DNA of 64,000 bases, from the NCBI GenBank assembly GCA_008933835.1, contig WBUG01000001.1, positions 56,423 to 120,422 of the forward strand. The letters are read 5' to 3'. The translations under genes and the position numbers were made by a program. Every line of letters begins with the position of its first letter. The stretch's first letter is position 1. Below the pieces are notes generated by a model. It saw only the letters and a list, made by a program, of their open reading frames with translations. It was not told the DNA's origin and made no database searches. Positions 51,901 through 59,308 of this stretch are shown here, one piece after another. This DNA comes from Bacteroidota bacterium. Its GTDB lineage: Bacteria > Bacteroidota > Ignavibacteria > UBA10030 > UBA8401.

Positions 51901-54825
51901 ACCGTCAACGTACGCCAGTCCACCAGCACCCGCACGCTCGGTATCACGGCGTTCGGCGATTTCGCGGTGGGTGAAGCGGCCTCCATCTTCTACTGGACGC
52001 AGGGCGCCGGGACCTACAATTGGAGCGACGACTATAACTGGAGTTCGCACAGCGTGCCGACCGCCGGCAACACGGTGGTCTTCGACGCGGACGATACGGT
52101 GGAGGTCAACATCGCGGCGGTGTGCAAAGACCTCATTCTGCACAATGATACGCTCCGTCTCACCATCCTTGCGGGGAAGACCCTCACGGTGAACGGGGAT
52201 CTGACGCAGTACAGCGGCCAGTTCAGCACGCGGGCGTCGTTCCCGGCGGTGACCGGAACCGTATCGATGCTCGGCGGTCTCTTCGGATACGACTCGTCCG
52301 GCGGCACGCAGACGGTGGCGGTCCAGACGTACCGTGAGCTTCGCCTCTCCGGCGGTGGCACCAAATCGGCTGCCGGTTCCTTCACGGTGAACCGGAACCT
52401 CACGATCGCGCCGTCGGTCACGTTCGCGGGGGGCGCGAACACCATCACCGTGAAGGACAGCCTCACGAATGACGGGGTCCATACCAGCACCGGTGCGGGC
52501 AGGATCCTGCTCGACGGAACGACACAGCACCGGCTCGGCGGCAACGGGTCCTTCGGAAATCTGGAACTGAACAATGCGTCCAATGGCGCGACGCTCGCCG
52601 GGACTCTCACCGTCAACGGAACGCTGACGCTCACCGGCGGGGTCATCACCGCGCCGAACGATACGCTCATCATCGGGATGGGCGGCACGGTCAGCCGCAC
52701 GAGCGGACATGTGAACGGGTTCCTCCGGAAACGTGTCTCGCCCGCGGCGGACTCGCTCACGTACGAGCTCGGTTCGGCGTCGGCATCGGAATATCTGCCC
52801 GTGACGGTCTCGTTCGGTACGGTCTCCACCGGCGGAAGGCTCACCGTCGGGATGCTCGCCGGAGACCATCCCGACCTCGTCAATTCGACGCTCGACCCCG
52901 ACTCGACCGTGAGCCGGTACTGGACCGGCGGCAATGACAGCATCGTCTTTGATTCGTACAACATCACCGTGCAATGGCTGGCCGGTGAGAACCCGGGCAT
53001 CGCCGACAATAACGATATGGCGTTCGCCATCCGTTCCAACACCGGCGTATGGGATGAACTGCTCCCCGGAACCCTGACATCGACGAGTTTCCGCGGGATG
53101 ACCGGGACGTCGTTCAGTTCGTTCGCGGTCGGAAAGGGGATGTCACGGCGCTTCACCTCCGTTGCGACCGGCAACTGGTCCGCGAACGCGACGTGGGACC
53201 TGAACAAGGTGCCGAAGAAGCGCGATTCGGTGCTCATCGTCTCGCCGCATGTGGTGACCCTGACGGCGAACAGCCGCATCGAACACCTCGCCGTGAACAG
53301 CGGCGGCGAACTGGCGGACGCCGGATACACCCTAGACCTGTACGGCAATATGTCGTTCAGCGGCAAGTGGAGCGGCACCGGACAGATCCGGTGGAACGAC
53401 GCCACGACCGATACGCTCACCGGTACGGGAGGGAAAGCGTCCGGCAGTTCCACGCTCTATGTGTACGGCGGGAACAAGTTCGTCAACACGTCGAACGACA
53501 CGCTGGCGGCCGTCCGCATCGGTGCCGGGAACACGCTCACGAATCTCGGTTCGGTGGCGGTCGCCGGTACCATCACCGGCGACAATGCCGGTTCGACATG
53601 GGCCAATGCCGCCGGCTCGCTCGTGCGGGCGGGCGGTACGTTCCTGTCCACCGGAGCGCTCACTGCGACGGCGTCCGGAAACACCGTCGTCTACAACGGC
53701 TCCGGCGCACAGAGCGTGAAGACGACGACCTACCACCACTTGCAGACCGGCACCGGCGGTACGAAGACCATCGGCGGGAACATCACGATGAAGGGGGATG
53801 TGACGATCGGTGCGGGGACGACGCTGGCCGCGGGATCGACCACCGATACGGTCTATGGAAATTGGACAAATAACGGTACATTCACCGCTGGTACATCCAC
53901 CATCGTCATGGGCGGTTCTGCAGCAGCGGCCATGGCGGGTGCCACGACCTTTGCGACGCTGACGCTCAACAAAGCGGACAGCATCACGACCGTCACCTTG
54001 TCCAACGGCATGCAGGCCGGAACGCTGGCGATGACGAAGGGGACGATGAACACGGGCGCCAATGTCATGACCATCACCGGCACCCGGACGGGGAACGGCG
54101 TCATCAATGGGACCGTGACCCGCACGCATACCTTCGCCGCGGCGACGGCGTACGCATTCGAATCGCCCTTCACCACGGTGACGTTCGCTGCGGGAGGGAC
54201 GCTGCCGACCTCGTTCACCGTGCAGACCGTGCTGGACAGTACTCCCATTGTCAACACGACGATGGACCCCATTAATCGTTACTACGTTCTGTCGCAGACC
54301 GGCGGTTCGGGCTACAAGCACGCTCTGAGGCTCCACTATGAGGACACCGAGATCGGCGCTCCGAACTCGGAGACCGCTCCGCCGCTGAAGATGTGGCGCG
54401 ACTCGAGCGGCACGTGGGTACGTCTGGGAGCCACCGGCTCCAGCACGGTGCAGAATTGGGTCGAGTTCGATTCCGTCGTGAACGTCGGTTCGTTCGGCCT
54501 GTCGAGCCGCCGCATCACGAACGTGATGCTCACGCTCTCGGCCAACGCGACACATCCGTCCCCCGGGGACGAAGTAGAGTATACGGTCGCGTACAACAAC
54601 TACGGCGACGGTCCGGCGTCGAACTTCATCGTCATGGCGCCGGTCCCGTTGAACACCTCGTACGTGGCGAACAGCGTTACGGTGAACGGTTCGCCGGCAG
54701 CGGACGGTTCGCCCGGTGTTTCGGTCGGGCCGTCGGCCCTCACCATCAATCTGTCGACCATCCTGGGGGGAGCGGTTCCGGGATCGGCATCGGGGAACTT
54801 CAAATACAAAGTCACCATCAATTAA
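45940..54825 (+). CDS. Giant (2961 aa) secreted adhesin-like protein: Fn3, G8-like caps, beta-helical repeats, C-terminal truncated DUF11
   Basis: Signal peptide; Fn3 (LNWTD..GFVIYRS..YYYRVYA); repeated GNW...W caps and DHP..V.RY modules; Gly/Thr/Asn-rich; ends ..FKYKVTIN*. Confidence 0.85.
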   Translation: MKSTRHHIVRRTAIAAMTVLTVVLPSLLRAQTLANYSVSRTTGISYIGINSTGNSFPSWRNSTDGNYNEDDNRSYPVDIGFDFWYNGVRYTQFSVSTNGFMDLSPSTDDGGPLVHAYGPYDDDMSEDNTSENTTLAIAPFYYDLTTYGVVDPLGESIHYEVSGTVGNRVLTVEWYRMEPWVNGGGGDPDFTFQVKLYESTGQIEFVYGAMNLNGFVFANQVYQVAKGYTAGMNSGTISASPTAAQLFLQQTPNSTTFSNANAFGNEADAAHNLGTAPASNSKITIAPPAMTAPTTLTFTAVSQTGMTLNWTDASANEVGFVIYRSDDGGATYNFITQTAANATSYAVTGLLAGTTYYYRVYAVNEGRLSSALSGNQATAAPGSPVTIASGSWKNKNIWSTNTVPGISDNATIADGHVVTIDSLVTVNSITVGQGTSGTLLIGDNATPRTITVIGNIDVKAGGIFRVNANSNTSSHSITTSGNILNAGRFVMATDADSRCAVTFNKSGTQTISGNGDSTMFHTITLNMGSSRTNVLDVFATNFRAYATGFLTITNGTFNLATGATVTPFTTSVSVPLSGGIRVNHASAVLNTTGGSTTVLGEFKVQAGTVNIGSAADNNLISRGGIFEFSGGTTTVAGRFEPFSAFDITDFTMSGGTLIVGGTGSTSTTSSPFTMSVAGSRFTMSGGTIVVRREGGGGGNDLGFVNTGYSNYSVTGGTVQIGDGSTPSGQTMSVNTAIPVYNFVVNSGNATALLVTNNLTVLNDVSITLGTLNANGRDIAVAGNWSNSNQTFTPGTGTVTFNGTGAQNVSRALGETFYRWSIVKTSGTVSLVNPVTVSDAFQLTSGTLAVGTSSLTLNGTVTGGGTLTSSASGTVSYNRSANSQTVLEANYGDLNFSNFLKDLPAAVIGIAGAFNPGNASGHTVTGNTIEYNGTGPQSIASFQYNDLTLTNNSTKTVQSGADTVLGSLTINTNAALVNNGVTLRVMGNIVHNGSHSGTGSLVLNGSSSQTISGTGTFQNLTVNNASGAVIVGDKTVNGTLTFTNGVITTNSDTLYIASGGSVVKTAGHVFGWLKKYVPNTDGITVTYEVGDAAVADSTPVTFTFTDMTSAGNLAVTTVNEDHPDVSSSYIDQTANVNRYWRSIPSDGFAYTIGTGYSITARFRNPDDLDATGNETTYRMNLYNGIRWDSTTAGTRTTTTNQATGVDSLGVYVVGIQVTSGAYRSAATGNWNVLATWERFNGVTWATPTIGQGTPDFNDGLITIRNGHTVTVTAAVTIDQTVIESGGQVTINGGNLTLNTVNNALVVNGTLRWQANTFSGWTAARLKFNAGSVYQHAMTNADQTTVPTATWAASSTCEIRGTTGGDNNTFRNTLIQTFGNFTWAPSSMSASVVFNGLLTNVAGNLRIASPNNNVLALYNTQTGTTNIGGSLIVESGYLRIKDGGGTAVVNVAGNDSLVAGTLQLSDNGAIYLRTAGGLYVHGGTLDLAAAGVTDSLTIKGDLVLAGGTVTETSTGSGVIALQGTAVQSYTDGATISNNINFVVFSNAIADLGTGVVGGQSFTAAAGSTLRLGNTAGITSAGATGNVQTTTRTFSTTANYVYNGGAAQATGNGLPATVNKLEIDNAGGVTLTTSVSVTDSLKLTNGNLAIGSNTLTITNVASLTSGTLSSGATGTVIYNRASNGQAVLPMPYGNLTFSNLNKILPSGTVSIAGTFTPGSATGHTTTGNTIEYNGSTPQNLAAWAYYNNLTVSGTNWKKLTGNTTVNGNLSVSNGTLSDSIYTLTVKGNIANTSLITGTNYLGKTVLTSGASAHALSGNGRYWILELNDVNGATASADITIDSILVLTSGVLTASSNTVICSALPGVYRPVTGGHVNGRIRKTVSASPVPQNYTFEVGDAAAYTPVDMTFQSVSVAGTVTAYQTTGDHPLLKWSGLDQTKSVNRYYTLSGSGLTFTTYDATFNFVSGDIDGGANTAYFFVKRYNAPSWYPSTVNVRQSTSTRTLGITAFGDFAVGEAASIFYWTQGAGTYNWSDDYNWSSHSVPTAGNTVVFDADDTVEVNIAAVCKDLILHNDTLRLTILAGKTLTVNGDLTQYSGQFSTRASFPAVTGTVSMLGGLFGYDSSGGTQTVAVQTYRELRLSGGGTKSAAGSFTVNRNLTIAPSVTFAGGANTITVKDSLTNDGVHTSTGAGRILLDGTTQHRLGGNGSFGNLELNNASNGATLAGTLTVNGTLTLTGGVITAPNDTLIIGMGGTVSRTSGHVNGFLRKRVSPAADSLTYELGSASASEYLPVTVSFGTVSTGGRLTVGMLAGDHPDLVNSTLDPDSTVSRYWTGGNDSIVFDSYNITVQWLAGENPGIADNNDMAFAIRSNTGVWDELLPGTLTSTSFRGMTGTSFSSFAVGKGMSRRFTSVATGNWSANATWDLNKVPKKRDSVLIVSPHVVTLTANSRIEHLAVNSGGELADAGYTLDLYGNMSFSGKWSGTGQIRWNDATTDTLTGTGGKASGSSTLYVYGGNKFVNTSNDTLAAVRIGAGNTLTNLGSVAVAGTITGDNAGSTWANAAGSLVRAGGTFLSTGALTATASGNTVVYNGSGAQSVKTTTYHHLQTGTGGTKTIGGNITMKGDVTIGAGTTLAAGSTTDTVYGNWTNNGTFTAGTSTIVMGGSAAAAMAGATTFATLTLNKADSITTVTLSNGMQAGTLAMTKGTMNTGANVMTITGTRTGNGVINGTVTRTHTFAAATAYAFESPFTTVTFAAGGTLPTSFTVQTVLDSTPIVNTTMDPINRYYVLSQTGGSGYKHALRLHYEDTEIGAPNSETAPPLKMWRDSSGTWVRLGATGSSTVQNWVEFDSVVNVGSFGLSSRRITNVMLTLSANATHPSPGDEVEYTVAYNNYGDGPASNFIVMAPVPLNTSYVANSVTVNGSPAADGSPGVSVGPSALTINLSTILGGAVPGSASGNFKYKVTIN

Positions 54826-54836
54826 TCGGAGCGGTC

Positions 54837-55892
54837 ATGAAGACTCTCACGTTCATCCTTAGTGTGTTCGTTTCGCTGCACCTCGTGTCGGCGCAGAACG
54901 CACCGGTCCGTATGGCGATGTCCGCCGGCGGACAGACCGTCCTGTTCCAGCCGAACCCTCTTGCGGATGCGAAGGACGGCGCATACATCGCCGGCAGGAC
55001 GGCCGCCGGTGAGATGTACGGGTTCGCGTTCAAAGGTGTGCCGGCAGCGACGCCCATCATCGAGTTCCTCGACAAAGGAGGGAAGACCCTCAAGGCGTTG
55101 ACCGTCGCCGACCTCTTCGGCGGGAAGGCCACCGCGACCGTGAAGCCGGTTCCGCTCTCCGTCGCCGGAACGAAGAACCGTTCCGTCGCGGCGTACGATG
55201 TCACAATGCCGCAGGGGAAGAGCCGGGTGGAGATCCATTCGACGATGACCGACGGCGCCGCCGCCGGGAAGCTCATCCTGAAGGTCGGCATTACCGGTCC
55301 GCTCGCATCATCGGCATTTCTCCGTCTGACGCTTCCCTTCACGGGACAGGTCGACGCGAAGCAGAAGGGGTTCGTCATGAGCACGGCGGACGGCCGCGCC
55401 GGTCTCTCCGGCTCGGTGCTCTCGCCCGTCGAAAAGATCTCCGTCGCGAACCGCCGGCTGAGCGTGACCGTGAAGGTGGAGGGGGCCGGTGAACAGAAGA
55501 ACGCCTTCCTGGCCTCCTTCGACGCCGCACCGTCCCGCACCGAAGCGGACGCGTTGGTGAAGAAGTTCGAAACGGATAACACCAACGATATCGTCATCGT
55601 GAACACTTCGGACCGTGAGACGGCCGAACCGAACGACACCGTCACGTACCGCATACACTGCATCAATATCGGGAAAGGTCCCGTTGCGGACGTTGTGGTG
55701 TCCAACGCCATCTCCTCCGGTACGCGGTTTCTCGAAGGTAGCGCCGCCGGCGCCGATGCGCAGGTCACGCTCGACCGGCAGCCGGCAGCTGCGCCGCAGG
55801 TCGGCGCCGTCACGTCGGTCTCCTGGAAGCTCAACGGCACGATCCTGCCAGGGGACGAGCGGACCGTCGAATTCAAAGTGATCGTACAGTAA
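54837..55892 (+). CDS. Secreted protein D with a single C-terminal truncated DUF11 (minor subunit or chaperone candidate)
   Basis: MKTLTFILSVFVSLHLVSA signal peptide; C-terminal PNDTVTYRIHCINIG..VEFKVIVQ*. Confidence 0.75.
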   Translation: MKTLTFILSVFVSLHLVSAQNAPVRMAMSAGGQTVLFQPNPLADAKDGAYIAGRTAAGEMYGFAFKGVPAATPIIEFLDKGGKTLKALTVADLFGGKATATVKPVPLSVAGTKNRSVAAYDVTMPQGKSRVEIHSTMTDGAAAGKLILKVGITGPLASSAFLRLTLPFTGQVDAKQKGFVMSTADGRAGLSGSVLSPVEKISVANRRLSVTVKVEGAGEQKNAFLASFDAAPSRTEADALVKKFETDNTNDIVIVNTSDRETAEPNDTVTYRIHCINIGKGPVADVVVSNAISSGTRFLEGSAAGADAQVTLDRQPAAAPQVGAVTSVSWKLNGTILPGDERTVEFKVIVQ

Positions 55893-55929
55893 ACAGAACA
55901 TTTCACAACAGGACTCTTCAGGGGATCGT

Positions 55930-57609
55930 ATGAATCGCATAGTATCATCCATCGCCGTCGTCATGCTGCTGGGACTGCTCGCGGCGGAGACCGCGTACGC
56001 GGTCGGAACACCGGCCGGAACCGTCATTCAGACCCGCTCCCGTATGGTGTACACCACGGCAGGAGGCGGCCAGAGCGATACGGTCTATTCGAACTACGTC
56101 AGTTTCACGGTGGCGCAGGTCGCATCGGTCAACATGACGCCCGCCAGCAACGCCTCCACCGCGAACGCGGACAGCGTTTATGTCGCCTATCCCGTCACGG
56201 TGACCAACTCCGGCAACGGTTCGGACTACTTCACCTTCTCCGCCGTCTCCTCGAAGGGGTGGAGCGTGACGTACTACTTCGATGCCAACGGGAACGGTAT
56301 CCTCGATGCCGGTGAGCTCTCCGGCGGCGCCGTCACGCAGACACCGAACTTGGCCGCTGACGCCGAGTACAAACTGATGGTCCGCATCTTCGTCCCGCGC
56401 TCCGGCGCGCTCAACGGACAGAAGGACACGACGACGGTCACGGCAAAGTCGCATTTCGATACGACCAAGTCGAACACCGCGGCGATGGTCACGACGGTCA
56501 ACACCGTCAACTTCCCGACCATCGGAACGGCGCTCACCGTGACCCCGTCTAACCCGTCGCCGGGGCAGAACGTCGTGTACTCCATGACGCTCACGAACAC
56601 CGGTGCGGTCGCAGCGACCGGCGTCACCTTCACGGACCTCATCAACACCGGCCTCTTCTCCTTCGTGAGCGCCACGACCACCCAGGGGACCTTCGACGGC
56701 GTCGCGGTGCCTGCGACGTGGACGGTCGGGACCATCAATCCGGGCGGAAGTGTGACCGTCTCCATCACGCTGCAGGTGAAACCGGCGGTCGCACTCGGCA
56801 CAACGCTGACGAACGTCATCAATGTGCACTACACCGTCGGCGGCAACACGTTCACCGTCACCACCAACAATCCGTACGCGGCGGTGGGCGTTGTCCGCGG
56901 TGTGCAGATCTCTCCGCTGAACCTCTCGGCGTCGAAAGAACCGGACGATACGCTCGTCTACGCGCTGACGGTGAAGAACACCGGGAACTCGAAGGACGTG
57001 CTCGAACTGTCGTTCAGCTCGGACAAGGGCTTCCCCTGGACGCTCTACCGTGACGTCAACGGGAACGGCGTGTACGACGGCGGCGATGTCGCCCTCACCG
57101 ATTCTCCCGGTTCCAACACCGGCGTTGACGTGGATTCGGTGGCCTCGACCGACAGCGTGAAGATCCTCGCCCGCGTCGTCGTGCCGAACACGGAGACGGA
57201 CCAGGAGCAGGACCTCACCACGGTCACCGTGAAGTCGGCGGCGGACAATGCGAAGTTCCAGAGCTCGAACCTGACCACCACGGTGAACATCGCCGCCCTC
57301 ACTCTCAGCCGTACCGTCTCCCCGTCAGGCGACCAACCTCCGGGACAGGAGATGAACTTCGAAGTGTCGTTCCAGAACAACGGCCACGGGAAGGCATACA
57401 ATGTGGTAGTGACCGAGACGGAAGGGGACAGTATGTCGTACGTCGCGAACTCCGTCACCATCAACACCGTGGCGAAGACCGATGCGGCGGACAGCGATGA
57501 GGTGACCGTCACGACGGCGGGGGGGCGTAAGGTCATCACCGTGAATCTCGGCACCGTCAACGCCCTGTCGTCGGTCGGCATCATCCGGTACCGCGCGTCC
57601 ATTCATTAA
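55930..57609 (+). CDS. Secreted DUF11 protein E (minor pilin candidate)
   Basis: Signal peptide, VGTPAGTVIQTRSRMVY, two DxNGNG Ca-loops, one complete and one truncated DUF11 (..IRYRASIH*). Confidence 0.8.
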   Translation: MNRIVSSIAVVMLLGLLAAETAYAVGTPAGTVIQTRSRMVYTTAGGGQSDTVYSNYVSFTVAQVASVNMTPASNASTANADSVYVAYPVTVTNSGNGSDYFTFSAVSSKGWSVTYYFDANGNGILDAGELSGGAVTQTPNLAADAEYKLMVRIFVPRSGALNGQKDTTTVTAKSHFDTTKSNTAAMVTTVNTVNFPTIGTALTVTPSNPSPGQNVVYSMTLTNTGAVAATGVTFTDLINTGLFSFVSATTTQGTFDGVAVPATWTVGTINPGGSVTVSITLQVKPAVALGTTLTNVINVHYTVGGNTFTVTTNNPYAAVGVVRGVQISPLNLSASKEPDDTLVYALTVKNTGNSKDVLELSFSSDKGFPWTLYRDVNGNGVYDGGDVALTDSPGSNTGVDVDSVASTDSVKILARVVVPNTETDQEQDLTTVTVKSAADNAKFQSSNLTTTVNIAALTLSRTVSPSGDQPPGQEMNFEVSFQNNGHGKAYNVVVTETEGDSMSYVANSVTINTVAKTDAADSDEVTVTTAGGRKVITVNLGTVNALSSVGIIRYRASIH

Positions 57610-57625
57610 TCGGGACAGAGACTCC

Positions 57626-59308
57626 GTGCACATCCGTTCCCTGATATCGACCTTCATCGCGGCACTGCCGTTCCTGTTCCTCGGAGCGGCCGAGACGGCG
57701 TTCGCCGCTGGAACGCCCGCCGGTACGGTCATCCAGACCCGTTCGCGGGCAGTCTATACCACCGCCGGCGGTACGGCGACGGACACCGTCTTTTCGTCGT
57801 TCGTCTCCTTCACGGTGCGGCAGGTCGGCGCCTTCAACGTTACGCCGTCCGATGACGGCCGCTCCTCGTCGAGCGACAGCGCGTCGGTGGAATATCCGGT
57901 GACGGTGACGAACTCGGGGAACGGTACGGACGCCGGAACGCTCACGGCGGTGTCGTCGCACGGCTGGACCGTGACGGTGTACCGCGACGCGAACGGAGAC
58001 GGCGTCCTCCAGCCGGCGGAGATCACGGCCGGACCGGTCTCTCAAACAGTCTCACTGCCGGCGGATGCGGCCGAACGCTTCATCGTCCGGCTGTTCGTGC
58101 CGAGGACGGAAGCGATGGACGGCCTCAAGGACACGGTCTCGTTACAGGCACGTTCGTTGTTCGATACGTCCAGACATACGACGGGACGGTACATCACGAC
58201 GGTCCGCTCGGCGGACCTTCGTTCCGTTCTCTCCGGCCTCACGGTCGACGACCCGCTTCCGTCGCCCGGTTCCACGATCATCTATACGTTCACACTGTCC
58301 AACGCCGGCTCACTTCCTGCGCAGGGGGTGACGGTCCATGACATCCTTCCCGCCGGATTGACGCTCGTTTCCGGTAGTTCCTCGCAAGGGAGTTTTACGT
58401 CGAGCTCCGCGCCGCTCGTGTGGTCCCTCGGCACCGTTGCCTCGGCCGGCACGGCGACGATCACGCTGACGGCGACCGTGAACGCATCGGTCGCTTCCGG
58501 AACGGTCATACCGAATGCGATGACGGTCTTATACACCGTCGGTTCCAATTCCTATGTCCGCACCTCCAATTCCGTGCAGGTCACGGTCGGTGGCTCGCCG
58601 TCCTACGGTGTTTCCCTCGTCCGTGAGAACAGCTCAGCGGTGAAGGAGCCGGGAGACACCGCGGTGTACCGGTATCGACTGACGAACACCGGAAATTACA
58701 GCGATGTCATCGAACTGACGCCCCTTTCGTCCCGCTCACTCGGCTGGGGATTGTACCGCGACTCGAACGGGAACGGTCTCTTCGACCCTGCCGATGCGGC
58801 GATGACGAACACGAACGGAGCGGGCGCAGCGGACACCGATTCCATCGCGGCGGGTGACAGCGTCCGGTTCTTCGCAAGGGCGATCGTCCCCCGCTCCTAC
58901 GCTGACTTGCTGACGGATACGCTCACGGTGACGGCGGTATCGTCAGGCGACGGCACGAAATCGGCAGTGCAGAACGCTCTCACCACCATCGTTGAGCCGG
59001 TCGTCGTCCTATCAAAGAGCGTGCTCCCGGCCGGAAGCCAGCCCGCCGGCGCCGTCGTCACCTACACCATAGCGTACAGCAATACCGGCAGCGTATCGGT
59101 CGCGGCCTTCACGGTCACGGACGTGACCCCGGCGTCGACCGAGTACATTCCGAACTCCGTGAAGGTGAACGGGACCGGTGTGAATGACAATACGGGGGCG
59201 TTGTCCGTGACGGAGGACCCCGATGCGAACACGGTCATCGCCGTTTCGGTCGGCGCGCTCAGCGCCGGCGGTTCCGGTTCGGTCGAATTCAAAGTGAGGA
59301 TCAAATGA
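57626..59308 (+). CDS. Secreted DUF11 protein F (paralog of E)
   Basis: GTG start, AGTPAGTVIQTRSRAVY, same domain order as E; ends ..VEFKVRIK*. Confidence 0.8.
   Translation: MHIRSLISTFIAALPFLFLGAAETAFAAGTPAGTVIQTRSRAVYTTAGGTATDTVFSSFVSFTVRQVGAFNVTPSDDGRSSSSDSASVEYPVTVTNSGNGTDAGTLTAVSSHGWTVTVYRDANGDGVLQPAEITAGPVSQTVSLPADAAERFIVRLFVPRTEAMDGLKDTVSLQARSLFDTSRHTTGRYITTVRSADLRSVLSGLTVDDPLPSPGSTIIYTFTLSNAGSLPAQGVTVHDILPAGLTLVSGSSSQGSFTSSSAPLVWSLGTVASAGTATITLTATVNASVASGTVIPNAMTVLYTVGSNSYVRTSNSVQVTVGGSPSYGVSLVRENSSAVKEPGDTAVYRYRLTNTGNYSDVIELTPLSSRSLGWGLYRDSNGNGLFDPADAAMTNTNGAGAADTDSIAAGDSVRFFARAIVPRSYADLLTDTLTVTAVSSGDGTKSAVQNALTTIVEPVVVLSKSVLPAGSQPAGAVVTYTIAYSNTGSVSVAAFTVTDVTPASTEYIPNSVKVNGTGVNDNTGALSVTEDPDANTVIAVSVGALSAGGSGSVEFKVRIK

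Noticed and set aside
40913-59308. Assignment to known systems (chaperone-usher, type IV/V pili, curli, sortase pili, T9SS, T5SS)
   Set aside because: I see no PapD/PapC motifs, prepilin cleavage site, lipobox, curlin repeats, LPXTG, T9SS CTD or autotransporter barrel in the subunits.
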